Below, one piece after another: positions 47,661 through 58,426 of a stretch of DNA of 64,000 bases (positions are counted from its first letter, which is position 1; each line of letters opens with the position of its first letter). The notes below the pieces were generated by a model. It had not been told where the DNA came from. It did no database searches and saw nothing but the letters and a program-made list of their open reading frames with translations. This DNA is from Candidatus Omnitrophota bacterium. Its GTDB lineage: Bacteria > Omnitrophota > Gorgyraeia > Gygaellales > Profunditerraquicolaceae. The stretch spans positions 4,721 to 68,720 of the forward strand of contig JAUYDL010000029.1 in the NCBI GenBank assembly GCA_030691865.1, given 5' to 3'. The position numbers were made by a program, and so were the translations under genes.

Positions 47661-49334
47661 TCAATCTCCTAAGCTAAACGAAAGACTAAACATCTCTGCA
47701 TATTTACGCCAAAAAGGTTTTTCTGTTATAATTGCCTTTGCGGTATCCATGTATTGTCGCGCTTTTTCCAGATTACCAAGTTTCTCGTAGCATTCTGCGG
47801 CATAGTAATATGCGATAGCATGGTCGCTTTTCGCTCTTATTGCATTCTCAAATCCTTTCAATGCCATTTCGTAATTTCCCAGGCGGAAGTCGCTGTTATA
47901 TACAAAATTAAGCTCCAAATTTAAGATATATGCCATTTCCTGTATATATTCAGCGGTAAAATCTTCGGTTTCGACAACCGCTTTTTTATAATTGGTATCA
48001 GTAATCCGGCCTTTAAAATAATTTTTTTTAAGGCAGATATCGTACATTTCACTTCCTACAAGAGGAGTGGCAACATTAATTCTAAACCAGTTTGCATAGA
48101 TAGTTTTCAAAAAAATTCTTGAATCCTCAATATCCTGTTTTGTTTCACCAGGCAACCCGATTAAAATATTAACATCAGAATATATTCCAACTTCACGGCA
48201 ATCGTTAATTACACCTTTAATTATAGAAAGGTTAAGCGGTTTGTGCATTATTTCCTTTAAAACCCTTTTGCTTCCTGACTCAACCGACAAAACAAGCTGA
48301 TTAACGCCTACCCTTTTAAAAGCTTCAAGCATTCCCCTGTCAAGAACATAAAGAGCCAATGAATTTGGAAAAAAAGCTGTTAACTGCAATTCCTTAAGTA
48401 TATCAATGATTTCATAAACCCTTTGTTTATCCGCCATTAAGTGATCATCCTGAAAAATAATTGTCTTCGTACTGTATTGGTCTCTAAGGCGTTTAAAATC
48501 CTCTTTGATTCTGGGTAGGCTATAATAACGCATCTTTTTGCCGTGTACCGTGTGTGATGAACAAAAACAACAATTAAAAACACAACCTCTAGAAGTCATC
48601 GCAACTAAATTTTGCTTTTTTCCGGTGACAGAAAGGTAAGCTGCTATTGTTGGGTTTGTTCGATAATCGTCTATTTCCAAAATGTCAAAATCATAAAAAG
48701 GAATTTCATCAAGGTCTTCTATATAATCATGCCTGAATGACTCCTTGTTTTCAGTTTTTCTCCGCGTAATCCACGATGGATTTTCTTCAAGGTACTGCAA
48801 TTTATCATCGGCTTTGACAAGGCCTAACAAAGGCTTTTCGCCTTCACCGTAGCAAAGGGTATCAAAACATATACTATCTCTAAAAATTTCATTATACATA
48901 TTTGTTGGCACACCGCCACCGGCAACTATCATAGCATTCGGAAATATACCGCGGCAGCACTGCGCAATATCCAGCATACTTTGATATAACGGAGTAAATA
49001 ATGCGGATATCCCTACTATGCTCGGGGCATAATCAACCCACGTTGGCGATGAAAGAAATCCTTGGAAAAAACCAGCAAAAGAAGAAAATTCGAAGCTTTT
49101 TATTTTATTTAAAACACAGTTAAAATCAATAAGTTTCGCTTGGGTTTCAGTATACTTTTTCAGATACGCACTCAAAGATATTATACCTAAAGGCATGTCT
49201 GTAATTACAGCTCCGAAGGTACCTGATTTCTTTGACACTGCTTTTACATTGTAAGGGGGATTGACAAAATCGTCATAATTAATATTCGGCGGGACTATAA
49301 ACAATATTCTATCCATATATTGCCTTATCAACAA
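47661..49334 (-). CDS. Cobalamin-binding radical SAM enzyme with a C-terminal TPR-like region.
   Basis: A B12-binding-like N-terminus, CVFNCCFCSS, and C-terminal TPR-like repeats. Confidence 0.7.
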   Translation of the reverse strand: MLIRQYMDRILFIVPPNINYDDFVNPPYNVKAVSKKSGTFGAVITDMPLGIISLSAYLKKYTETQAKLIDFNCVLNKIKSFEFSSFAGFFQGFLSSPTWVDYAPSIVGISALFTPLYQSMLDIAQCCRGIFPNAMIVAGGGVPTNMYNEIFRDSICFDTLCYGEGEKPLLGLVKADDKLQYLEENPSWITRRKTENKESFRHDYIEDLDEIPFYDFDILEIDDYRTNPTIAAYLSVTGKKQNLVAMTSRGCVFNCCFCSSHTVHGKKMRYYSLPRIKEDFKRLRDQYSTKTIIFQDDHLMADKQRVYEIIDILKELQLTAFFPNSLALYVLDRGMLEAFKRVGVNQLVLSVESGSKRVLKEIMHKPLNLSIIKGVINDCREVGIYSDVNILIGLPGETKQDIEDSRIFLKTIYANWFRINVATPLVGSEMYDICLKKNYFKGRITDTNYKKAVVETEDFTAEYIQEMAYILNLELNFVYNSDFRLGNYEMALKGFENAIRAKSDHAIAYYYAAECYEKLGNLEKARQYMDTAKAIITEKPFWRKYAEMFSLSFSLGD

Positions 49335-49342
49335 TCATAATA

Positions 49343-50479
49343 TTAAACAACTTCCAATCCAAAATCCCTCAATATAGAAACTTTAATATTTCTACCATAC
49401 TTCTGTTGTATAATCCCTGCCACTTCATCTGAGTAACTGGCAGCCATAACAATAACAGCATCTACCGGGTCTGATTCAAGCGCGTCGGGAGAAACTATTG
49501 GGATATGTGTGGCTGGCGTATATTTACCCTGTTTAAATGGTGCAGAGTCAACGACATACCTGATTTTACCGGCTAAATCCATTAAAGAGATAACTGCGAG
49601 CGCCTGATGTCCGGCTCCCCATATCGCCACCTTTTTACCCTTAAAACGACGGATATATTTTTCCACTCCATTCTTAATTTGTACTTGATATTTATGAAAA
49701 TCCGATATATCCAATTTTATTCTTTTTCTTACAATAGCGGAAATTATGTAGTCATGCCAAACTTCATTACAGCTAATAACATCAAAACCATTCAGCTTTA
49801 ACAGGGCATTCAGAGTTTCCTTGGAAAAATAAAACAGGTGATCTCCTATGAATTCAGAAAAAAGCTTTTTTCGCAAAATCATATCAAAATTCGGGACCTC
49901 AATCAGCCCTACAGCATTATCTGTCAAATTATTATATATACCCCTCAAGGTAGAATTTGGCTCCGGAAGATGCTCAAGAAAGCTTAAAATGAAAAATGCT
50001 TCAAATGGAGCGTATTTTAATTGAGCAGCGCTGTTCTGAATAAATCCTTTTGAAACCTTTAGCCTGCTTTTGACACACTCTGCCACGGACTCGCCTGAAT
50101 ACTCCAAGCCATAGGCATCCACGCCAAATTTATTCATAATGGACAGGGATTCTCCACGTCCACAGCCAATCTCAATAATTCTTTTATTTTTAAGCGAAAA
50201 ATCTTTTACAAAACTACCAAATTGCCTTTGCCGAAAACTCTTCATCTCATTTGAGATTCCGCAGGCGCGTATAACCTGTCTATAATAAGGCACTGGCTCG
50301 CTATTTAACTGCGCCAACCCGCAGCCTGAACACTGACAGAGTTCCAGATTAATTCCTTTATCGCTTCCAAGCGACTTTAAATCCGGTAAAAATTGAGCGG
50401 CCTTTGGCATATTTTTGTAGCGCAGCAATGGCACTTTAAAAAATTTGTTACCACATACCCTGCATTTTTTTATTGGCAT
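49343..50479 (-). CDS. Zn-ribbon + SAM methyltransferase + C-methyltransferase C-domain (TylCIII/NDP-hexose C-methyltransferase-like).
   Basis: CRVCGNKF...CQCSGCGLAQL Zn ribbon, then IIEIGCGRGESL (motif I). Confidence 0.6.
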   Translation of the reverse strand: MPIKKCRVCGNKFFKVPLLRYKNMPKAAQFLPDLKSLGSDKGINLELCQCSGCGLAQLNSEPVPYYRQVIRACGISNEMKSFRQRQFGSFVKDFSLKNKRIIEIGCGRGESLSIMNKFGVDAYGLEYSGESVAECVKSRLKVSKGFIQNSAAQLKYAPFEAFFILSFLEHLPEPNSTLRGIYNNLTDNAVGLIEVPNFDMILRKKLFSEFIGDHLFYFSKETLNALLKLNGFDVISCNEVWHDYIISAIVRKRIKLDISDFHKYQVQIKNGVEKYIRRFKGKKVAIWGAGHQALAVISLMDLAGKIRYVVDSAPFKQGKYTPATHIPIVSPDALESDPVDAVIVMAASYSDEVAGIIQQKYGRNIKVSILRDFGLEVV

Positions 50480-50488
50480 AAAATACTC

Positions 50489-52870
50489 CTACTCCTGCCG
50501 ATACGTAAAAATAGAAAGTAAGGCAATAAAATAAAAACAAGCGCTTCCAATTAATACTAAATTAAATCCGAATGACATAGCAATCATGATTGCTGCAATC
50601 GAAGCAATAACCGAAGCAGAACCATTTATCGCCCAAGCCCAAGGGACCAAACTACCGTCTTTGGTAGAAATAAGCCTTAGGCCAAGAGGAAAAGCAAAAC
50701 CCATAAAATAAGAAATGGGGGCTACGACCATAGTCACAATACCAATACGAAACCACAGGGACGATAACAGAAAAAGATTTGACAAAAAAGGCATAAGTTT
50801 AACAAGGATAAGTATAAAAATGCCGCAGATAAACACAAGTGCCATTATCCATTGCTTTAGATGCTTCTTTATTAAACCCGAAGATAGGCTTCCAAACCCC
50901 GCTCCAGCCAAAATTGCCGGTATAACTACTGCCATTGAATAAATAGGGCTGCCTAAAAAAAGAACAAACTTTTGCAAAATGCCCATTTCAAGGAGCATGA
51001 ATGCAAAACCAATTGAGAAAAAATAAAAACAGGTAAAAAGGCCTAAATTCGATATGCTGGCTCTTTTTCTTGTAAACATAAGCGGTAGCAAAACAAGGAT
51101 GAGAGATAAAACTGATGCGTGTAAAAAAAGAAATGACAAAACAAAAATGTGCCACACCCCTCTTATGCTATTGAAATATGCTGACGTCCATGGTGCTGAC
51201 GGCTTTATTTGCAAGGGGCCCTTTCTATTGTAGTGATAAAAAAAAGGAATATCATCGGTACTCGGCGTAACATCAAATTCATATTTGTTATAAAACTCGC
51301 TTTCGGTATTGCTATCAGAATATTTAGCCAGGCTCACAAAAGGCTCCATGTAATTTCGCTGGCCCTCACTAACAACAGCGATGTCAGGATACCAAATTTC
51401 CAGCCTATTTGATTTGCAAAATTGAATGAGCTTTTCCTTCTCTGCCCGACTAAAAGGTTTCGTCTTAAAAATTACATTCCCTACTGTCTTATTCTGAGAG
51501 GCTATAACAACTATGTGCTCGCTCGGCCTTTTATATCCTTTCTCTCGGCATGCCGCAAGGGCTATTGAGAAGACACGTAACGCTTCTTTTGGTTTTTCTG
51601 GATAGGCCCATCTGCCTATCTGAATATAACCGGTATCCGTTAAATGGTCCAGATAATCAATAAAAGCTTCTTTGGTATAAAGAAAACTGTCAGAAAGTGT
51701 ATAGGCTCCTGTTGAAAGCGCAAGAAAACTATCAGTATAATATAATATTATAGCGTCATATTTATATGGCGATCTCCTTACAAAACTCCTTCCGTCTTCT
51801 ACAAAGAGGTTTATGTTATTATAAGAAAAGACATTGTTGATCTGATCTGAAAATTTCTCTCTTATTAAATACGCTGTTGTCGGATTAATCTCTACCGCAT
51901 CAACTATTTTCGCAGAATTAAATACTGCTGTAAGAACATCAAATCCACCTCCAGCTCCAATAACAAGCACTCGCTCTGGCGCAACATCGGCCAAAACATA
52001 GGCTGCATTTCTATCAACAAATGTTGTTCGTAATAAATCCCGTGATAAAGCAGGGCTATAAAACCAAGCCATCGCGTCTCCATCCATAACTATATATTTA
52101 AATCCCGGTGCCTTTTTATACGATATAACATCAATACGGGAAATCGGGTTCCATTTTGTGTATTCAACCTCTGTATCCTCCTGAAACACGGTCCAAAATT
52201 GCTTGTGCTTTTCTGGTAAGATGTTATGAAAGATGGAGTCTTCCGGGAAAGCAAGTATCAATATTAAAAAAATGGGCCAAATTAAAATAGCTCTTTTATG
52301 TTTATGAAGTTTATGCTGGAGGTTTATATATAATAGCGGGGCTATACTTAAAAGCGAGGTTATAGTTACTAAGTGTGAGGCTCCTATTGGGCCAATGGAC
52401 ACAATAAAAAATAAACATCCTAAACTAGACCCAATTAAGTTAAAAAAATAAATTTTTGCTGTTATGCCAGGAAAACGCATAAACGAGCCCCCGATTGCTA
52501 ACCCAGCAAAAAAATACGGCAACATAAGTATTAAATATGTTGCCATCAGTCCAAAAATTATCTTTGGATTAGGCGATAATGCGAACGTATCTATAATTGG
52601 GTAATATCCGTACTTAGACGAAATAAAGACTGAGATAGATAAACCTATAAGACAAAACGCATAAAAAGATTCATCGGAAAGATTTTTTAATTTGTTTGAT
52701 AAAAATAATACCGTACCGCTTGTTGCAAATCCCAGTAACGCCATAGTTATTACAATATAGACAAAATGATACCATAATGCTACGGATAGGATGCGTATTT
52801 GCAGAAGCTGTAATTCCAGCGTCACCGCGGAGGTAACCAAGACTATAAAAAACAGCAATCTTCTTGACAT
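50489..52870 (-). CDS. Polytopic membrane protein with an embedded spermidine-synthase-like (PABS) methyltransferase-fold domain.
   Basis: 793 aa. About 8 N-terminal and about 6 C-terminal transmembrane segments flank VLVIGAGGGFDVLTAVFNSAKIVDAVEINP. Confidence 0.55.
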   Translation of the reverse strand: MSRRLLFFIVLVTSAVTLELQLLQIRILSVALWYHFVYIVITMALLGFATSGTVLFLSNKLKNLSDESFYAFCLIGLSISVFISSKYGYYPIIDTFALSPNPKIIFGLMATYLILMLPYFFAGLAIGGSFMRFPGITAKIYFFNLIGSSLGCLFFIVSIGPIGASHLVTITSLLSIAPLLYINLQHKLHKHKRAILIWPIFLILILAFPEDSIFHNILPEKHKQFWTVFQEDTEVEYTKWNPISRIDVISYKKAPGFKYIVMDGDAMAWFYSPALSRDLLRTTFVDRNAAYVLADVAPERVLVIGAGGGFDVLTAVFNSAKIVDAVEINPTTAYLIREKFSDQINNVFSYNNINLFVEDGRSFVRRSPYKYDAIILYYTDSFLALSTGAYTLSDSFLYTKEAFIDYLDHLTDTGYIQIGRWAYPEKPKEALRVFSIALAACREKGYKRPSEHIVVIASQNKTVGNVIFKTKPFSRAEKEKLIQFCKSNRLEIWYPDIAVVSEGQRNYMEPFVSLAKYSDSNTESEFYNKYEFDVTPSTDDIPFFYHYNRKGPLQIKPSAPWTSAYFNSIRGVWHIFVLSFLFLHASVLSLILVLLPLMFTRKRASISNLGLFTCFYFFSIGFAFMLLEMGILQKFVLFLGSPIYSMAVVIPAILAGAGFGSLSSGLIKKHLKQWIMALVFICGIFILILVKLMPFLSNLFLLSSLWFRIGIVTMVVAPISYFMGFAFPLGLRLISTKDGSLVPWAWAINGSASVIASIAAIMIAMSFGFNLVLIGSACFYFIALLSIFTYRQE

Positions 52871-52873
52871 GCC

Positions 52874-53749
52874 TTATCTCCCCTTATTTTTTTCGATAAT
52901 CTGCTTATTTGAATCATACCAGTTATATAAAGCTTTAAGCGACTTATCAATCGGAGAAAACTTAAAATCTTTCAATTCATCCAAAATTAATGAATTATCC
53001 CCGCTATATTCTTGGCCAAGTCCTTCGGTTTTAATGATTATCTTCAATTTTTTACCGGATATTTTAGCAATTTTATCAGCTATACCCTTAAAATCGACAG
53101 TCTCCCCGGTGCATACGTTATAGACGTTCTTCCGGGGTTTGTTATCGATAAACCATTTTACGATTTTTACCAAATCATCAATATATAAGAAATCAAAGAA
53201 TTTATTTTGGTTAATACTAACGGGTAAGCCAAGAACAGCATTGCAGCAAGCATTTGGAATAAAACGAGTGCGCCAATCATCATATTTACCAAAAACGCCA
53301 AAAAGCCTAAGATTGTAAATATTGCTGCTTGACTGCGCGTATTTAGTCATTATATACTTTGAGAAACCGTATTGATCTTGCGGAACATGCTGGTTGAAAT
53401 ATTCTTCCTTCATCTTAGGTATCCAGTTTTCCCTGCCAAACTCCGCGCCCGAGCCAAAATAAATCATTTTTCCAAAATAATCCTTACATCTGGCAAGGTT
53501 AAAAAACATTTTCAAATTATTTTCCAGGACTTTTAAAGGATCTTTTATGGAATGTTTTGGCGCGGCGTCATAGGTAGCCGTATGGATAATTACATCAAAT
53601 GCGTTACTCTTTATATAATCAAAAATCTTCTGTGAGTCTAAAAGATTAAGTTCTCCACTATTTAAAGAAACAATATCGTATTCGCTATTTAATTGTTCAG
53701 ATAAATTTCGAGCAATAAATCCAGTTCCTCCGGTGATTAATATTTTCAT
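52874..53749 (-). CDS. NAD(P)-dependent sugar epimerase/reductase (SDR).
   Basis: MKILITGGTGFIARNL. Confidence 0.75.
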   Translation of the reverse strand: MKILITGGTGFIARNLSEQLNSEYDIVSLNSGELNLLDSQKIFDYIKSNAFDVIIHTATYDAAPKHSIKDPLKVLENNLKMFFNLARCKDYFGKMIYFGSGAEFGRENWIPKMKEEYFNQHVPQDQYGFSKYIMTKYAQSSSNIYNLRLFGVFGKYDDWRTRFIPNACCNAVLGLPVSINQNKFFDFLYIDDLVKIVKWFIDNKPRKNVYNVCTGETVDFKGIADKIAKISGKKLKIIIKTEGLGQEYSGDNSLILDELKDFKFSPIDKSLKALYNWYDSNKQIIEKNKGR

Positions 53750-55545
53750 GGTTCTTCTATGGGCTTTAGGATCATATTCGCCTTGAATTCTTTTCTATCT
53801 AAAAACGGCCAAAGGTCTTCCATGGGCTTTGAGACCATCTGGCCATCAGGTTTAGCTTCCGATGATACTTTAGGTTGAGTTAATAGATCAGGGTTTACCA
53901 TAACCTCGCATACAACCGGGCCGCGAGAATTAAGGATTAAATTAATTTTCTCTTTTAATTTTTGATGATTACTAAGTTTGAAAGTTTTCAAACCATAGGC
54001 CTTGGCTATTTTTAGCGTATCCGGCAAAGTCAAACCGCTTGAGGGGTCGCAACCTACTAGGCGCCCGCCAAAGAATTTTTGATGCGTGGCCCTAATTGAT
54101 GCATAGGCATTATTGTTTAAAACAAATACCTTAATTGGTAACTGATACCTTTTTAATAATTCTAATTCCTGAATATTATGCTGTAATCCTCCGTCTCCTA
54201 CTAAACAAATAGTCCGCCTCTTACCGCTGGCAATACAGGCGCCGATACTCGCCGGCAAGCCAAACCCCATCGCTCCTAAACCCGGAGAATTAAAGATTCT
54301 CTGCCCCTGTTTAACTTTGAATGTTTGCATGGTTATCTCACTACAGCTGCCAGAACTGCCCGGGACAATTAGATCATCCTTAGTTAGCAATTCAGACAAT
54401 GTATCCACCAAAACATAAGTATTCAGGAATTTCTTTTCTTGTTTAAATTCAGCTAAAACAACCGGATATTTTTTCTTCCAAGACTGACACCTATTTAACC
54501 ATTTTTCAGTATCTAAATTTATTTGATTAGCTTTAATTAAAAGGGCATTTAAAAATCTTGCGGCATCTAGATTAAACTTTATATCGATTTTAGTTGCGAT
54601 CTTTTCTATCTCATACTCATCAATATCAACAATAACTTTTCTGGCTGCTCTGGCAAAATTGCCATAATTATAGGCAACTTGCGCCACATCTAACCTTGCG
54701 CCAATACAAATTATCAAATCCGCGTTTTGCTGGGCAAAGTTTGCACCACGTTGTCCGACAGAACCCGGCCGGCCAACATATAAAGGATGATCCTGCGGCA
54801 AAATATCTAAAGATCTCCAGGTGGTTAATACCGGAATTCTTGTTTCTTTAATTAACTTTTTAAACTGGTTAATCCCCTTAGCCAATCTAATGCCATTACC
54901 GGCTAAAATAATCGGCCGCTTAGATTGATTAATTAATTTTATCAGCCGATTGATTTTATTATTTAGGCGTTTTTCTTTACTGATCTGTTTTGGCTTAATA
55001 AATTCTTTTAATTTATTTTTATCAATCATTGCTCCCTGAACATCCAGCGGTATATCCAGCCAGACCGGCCCCATTCTTCTTTCGCGAGCGTAATAAACAG
55101 CTTTATCTAAATGGTACTTTATATCTTTAGGCTCCATAATCGTAGCTGCGTATTTAGTAATGGGCTTAACTAATGAAACGATGTCTACTTCTTGGGGCCC
55201 AATTTGACGCACCCCCTTACCAAGCATTAAATCCGCTTTTTTAACTTGCCCTGAAATAATCAAAACAGGGGTAGATTCAATCCAAGAAGCAGCCACCCCG
55301 GTAATAGCATTGGTTCCACCCGGCCCAGTCGTTACTAAAGCCGCTCCAATGTTACCGGTATATTGACTATAAGCATCCGCGGCAATTGCGCAGGCCTGTT
55401 CATGCAAATTAACAACAAACTTTAATTTCTTATTTCTGCCTAAAGAATCCACCAGATGCATGCACCCGCCGCCTGGCAGCATAAAGATATTTTTTACGCC
55501 TAAACCGGCAATATACCCCATTACATAATCAGATAATTTAATCAT
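53746..55545 (-). CDS. Thiamine-diphosphate-dependent enzyme (acetolactate-synthase-like; YerE-type candidate).
   Basis: 599 aa with N-terminal, central and C-terminal ThDP-binding domains (...GPGGTNAITGVAASW..., ...GDGGLQHNIQEL...). Confidence 0.8.
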   Translation of the reverse strand: MIKLSDYVMGYIAGLGVKNIFMLPGGGCMHLVDSLGRNKKLKFVVNLHEQACAIAADAYSQYTGNIGAALVTTGPGGTNAITGVAASWIESTPVLIISGQVKKADLMLGKGVRQIGPQEVDIVSLVKPITKYAATIMEPKDIKYHLDKAVYYARERRMGPVWLDIPLDVQGAMIDKNKLKEFIKPKQISKEKRLNNKINRLIKLINQSKRPIILAGNGIRLAKGINQFKKLIKETRIPVLTTWRSLDILPQDHPLYVGRPGSVGQRGANFAQQNADLIICIGARLDVAQVAYNYGNFARAARKVIVDIDEYEIEKIATKIDIKFNLDAARFLNALLIKANQINLDTEKWLNRCQSWKKKYPVVLAEFKQEKKFLNTYVLVDTLSELLTKDDLIVPGSSGSCSEITMQTFKVKQGQRIFNSPGLGAMGFGLPASIGACIASGKRRTICLVGDGGLQHNIQELELLKRYQLPIKVFVLNNNAYASIRATHQKFFGGRLVGCDPSSGLTLPDTLKIAKAYGLKTFKLSNHQKLKEKINLILNSRGPVVCEVMVNPDLLTQPKVSSEAKPDGQMVSKPMEDLWPFLDRKEFKANMILKPIEEP

Positions 55546-56123
55546 AATAATCTATTTATTTCTGCCAAAGCAGCTGTAACTGATAAATTGCTCTTATTCC
55601 AAGGTTTGCCCACTAATATGCCTCTTATCCCTAATTCTTTGGCCTGGCGGATATTTTCTTCGCTATCCTCAACCAAAACATCAATTTTATTTAGCCATTT
55701 TAAATAATCAGCTTTAGTATTACCATAATTCGGTGCCTGCTCATTTACCCTTAGTGATGGAACAAAATTAAAGCTCCTGATCCATTTGCCAAAGTTCCTC
55801 ATAACCCAATCAGCGGATATGTGCGCTGCTTTTATTGGAACAAAGGTTAAAGCAATATGCCTTGCCTTATCTCCAAACTCTTCAAACCATGCCAATACTT
55901 CCGGATCAGGTTTTATTTCAGAATATGCTTTTGATAATCTAAAACTATCTAAAGATGATAAATATTCTTCTTTAGTGCTCCTGATAATACGTTCTGGGGT
56001 ATTTTCCGTTATTTGTTCAAAATTGACTTTACAATCAGGATGTTCAGGCAACCACTTATTAACCAACCAACAGCGCATTAAATCATTTAATATGTCATCC
56101 ACATCCCAAACGATAGTTATCAT
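55542..56123 (-). CDS. HAD-superfamily phosphatase (5'(3')-deoxyribonucleotidase-like).
   Basis: N-terminal IVWDVDDILNDL (DxDx motif). Confidence 0.35.
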   Translation of the reverse strand: MITIVWDVDDILNDLMRCWLVNKWLPEHPDCKVNFEQITENTPERIIRSTKEEYLSSLDSFRLSKAYSEIKPDPEVLAWFEEFGDKARHIALTFVPIKAAHISADWVMRNFGKWIRSFNFVPSLRVNEQAPNYGNTKADYLKWLNKIDVLVEDSEENIRQAKELGIRGILVGKPWNKSNLSVTAALAEINRLL

Positions 56124-56136
56124 TAATCAATGGCCT

Positions 56137-57672
56137 TTACTTTATTGCTTCGTATAGCCAATCCGACCTAAAGGTCATCTGGGTTTTTCTGTCTTTATTA
56201 CTTGATATTGTTTTATCCTCATAAAAAGAATCGTCTTGATAATGCGTTGTGGATACTTCTTCAAAAATAACTCCTTCTTTAGAAGAGAAATCGTGATTTA
56301 CGCCCCTTTCCACTGTCAACATACCGCCGGCTTTAAGTAATTTGACTTCCTTGCCAATCGTAACATCCATGCTTCCGTATAAAACCTGAAATGTCTCTTC
56401 TTTTTTAACATGATAATGAAAAGGGTGCTTTTGCCCGGGTAACATGATAATAAGTTTTTTGCAATATTCACGATTAATACAATTTAAGATAGCCGCTCCC
56501 CATTCTTCATACCTATCTATCCCGTAATGGTGAGACAATTCCAAATCAATCTTTTCAGGTAAAGCTATATGGCTTTTTAAAATCACCTCTTTTAATTCTT
56601 TAATAATCTTGAGGACCTTTTCACGTAAATTTCTTATTTTTAAATCATTAAAATTGACGGCTGCGTTAGCCTTTAAGTTTCTATCAAGAATATATTCTAT
56701 ATATTTGGATATATCATTGGCAACGAGCTGACCTTCTTGACAAGGTATCGCATAAAAAACATAATCTTTGGTTAACTTTTCTCCTAGCTTTAGGTCAACC
56801 TTGGCAAATACCCCTCTTTTTAGCCCTTTCAAATCATTTCTTTCTTTTTCGGTTATCAGATATCGGCCTTCTTCAACACCATCCATTTGATAAGCATCTT
56901 GTGCGGCGCCAAGCCATTTATCTATTTGGCTAGGGACAGAAGAATAAGCGTTTATCGAGTACTTTTTCGACTCAATAACAACATGCCTTTCAAAAACTTT
57001 TGCCCCTTTAGCAATGGCAATTTTTATGGAATCTATATTATCGGGTTCTTCGTGCGTAGAAAAACCAACCGCGATACCCGGATAACGCTCTCTTAATAAA
57101 TCAATCTGGTTTAACTGAAGATTATCCCTTTTGGTTGGATACTCACCTACACAATGCATAATACAAAGATTCTTATTCCTGTGTTCGAAGAAGGTAACCA
57201 CCTGATCGATCTCTTCTAATGTAGCGCTTGCCGTAGATGCTATTATCGGCAAATCAGTTTGGGCTATTCTTTCTAATAACGGCCAATCAGTAAAAGAACA
57301 GCTGCCGATTTTTATAACACTGAAATCATGTTTTTCTATTAGGTCTACGGATTTTTCATCAAAAGGCGTGCAAATCGGCATAAAGCCTGCGCTACAGATC
57401 TCATCTTTGAGCGCCTTAAGTTCCTTTTCACTTAAACGAGTTTCTTCGAAACGCTTAACGTATTTAATATCTGCCCTGCCCTTGGAATCCGGATGAATAA
57501 AAGTATCTAAGTTTCTGTATTGAAGCTTGAAACCAAATTTAAAATCATATTTTTTACAGGCTTTGCCTATCTCTCTAATAATATTGATTCCGTGCTTTAA
57601 ATCTCCGGAATGGTTATTGGCCAATTCAAATATGAATAATTTATTAAATATTGATGCCTTAAGCATAAACAC
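56137..57672 (-). CDS. NeuB-family (sialic/pseudaminic acid synthase-like) aldolase fused to a C-terminal cupin-like domain.
   Basis: LANNHSGDLKHGINIIREIGKA... (NeuB) and a C-terminal HPFHYHVKKEETFQVLYGSMDVTIG (cupin-like). Confidence 0.65.
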   Translation of the reverse strand: MFMLKASIFNKLFIFELANNHSGDLKHGINIIREIGKACKKYDFKFGFKLQYRNLDTFIHPDSKGRADIKYVKRFEETRLSEKELKALKDEICSAGFMPICTPFDEKSVDLIEKHDFSVIKIGSCSFTDWPLLERIAQTDLPIIASTASATLEEIDQVVTFFEHRNKNLCIMHCVGEYPTKRDNLQLNQIDLLRERYPGIAVGFSTHEEPDNIDSIKIAIAKGAKVFERHVVIESKKYSINAYSSVPSQIDKWLGAAQDAYQMDGVEEGRYLITEKERNDLKGLKRGVFAKVDLKLGEKLTKDYVFYAIPCQEGQLVANDISKYIEYILDRNLKANAAVNFNDLKIRNLREKVLKIIKELKEVILKSHIALPEKIDLELSHHYGIDRYEEWGAAILNCINREYCKKLIIMLPGQKHPFHYHVKKEETFQVLYGSMDVTIGKEVKLLKAGGMLTVERGVNHDFSSKEGVIFEEVSTTHYQDDSFYEDKTISSNKDRKTQMTFRSDWLYEAIK

Positions 57673-57685
57673 CTCTTCTTAAATA

Positions 57686-58426
57686 TTATATATCAATACA
57701 AAGCCCATCTCTGGCGGCTATCGTGTGCTTAAAAATCTTGCGAGCGAATTCTTTAGCTGATCTTATATCGCTTTCTTTTAGGTAAACGCCGGAATCAAAA
57801 TGCGCCAAAAATAATTTCTTGACTTTCCCCTGCTTAGCGATCAAAGCAGCCTGTTGGGGATTAAGATGCGGCCAATGGTTATCAATTTTACCCGGAGGCA
57901 AAGATGACTCAGTGATCAAAATATCCGCTCCTTTAGCTAATAGATCAAGATTCCTACAAGGCCCGGTATCCGTACAAAAAACTATCGCTTTATTATCTGC
58001 AAATACCCGGTATCCATAACAAGTGCCAATGTGACGGAGTTCTTTGTATTCAATATCTACCGGCAGCTTTAAATTATTCGAAAATTCATTTACCATTAGC
58101 TTTGTCTTAAGCTTGTTAACCGGCATTGAATAAGGGGCATTGATAATAACCTTAAATAACCTCTTTACCCCCTTGGGGCCAAAAACCTTAATTCCCTGGA
58201 TAAAATTAAATTTAGCTAAAGCGTGTAATCCGATGATATGGTCTAAATGGAAATGGCTAAGTAAAACTATGATTGGCTTATTTTCTTTTATATATTGATC
58301 AAGCTTATAGAATCCGCCCCCGGCGTCAAAAACAATATAAGCCTGATTCGTATCCAGCAAAATACAAAGCGTATTGCCTAGGGCCGTATCATACCAACCG
58401 CTTGTTCCTAAGAAATGTAGTTTCAT
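57686..58426 (-). CDS. MBL-fold metallo-hydrolase.
   Basis: HFHLDHIIG. Confidence 0.7.
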   Translation of the reverse strand: MKLHFLGTSGWYDTALGNTLCILLDTNQAYIVFDAGGGFYKLDQYIKENKPIIVLLSHFHLDHIIGLHALAKFNFIQGIKVFGPKGVKRLFKVIINAPYSMPVNKLKTKLMVNEFSNNLKLPVDIEYKELRHIGTCYGYRVFADNKAIVFCTDTGPCRNLDLLAKGADILITESSLPPGKIDNHWPHLNPQQAALIAKQGKVKKLFLAHFDSGVYLKESDIRSAKEFARKIFKHTIAARDGLCIDI

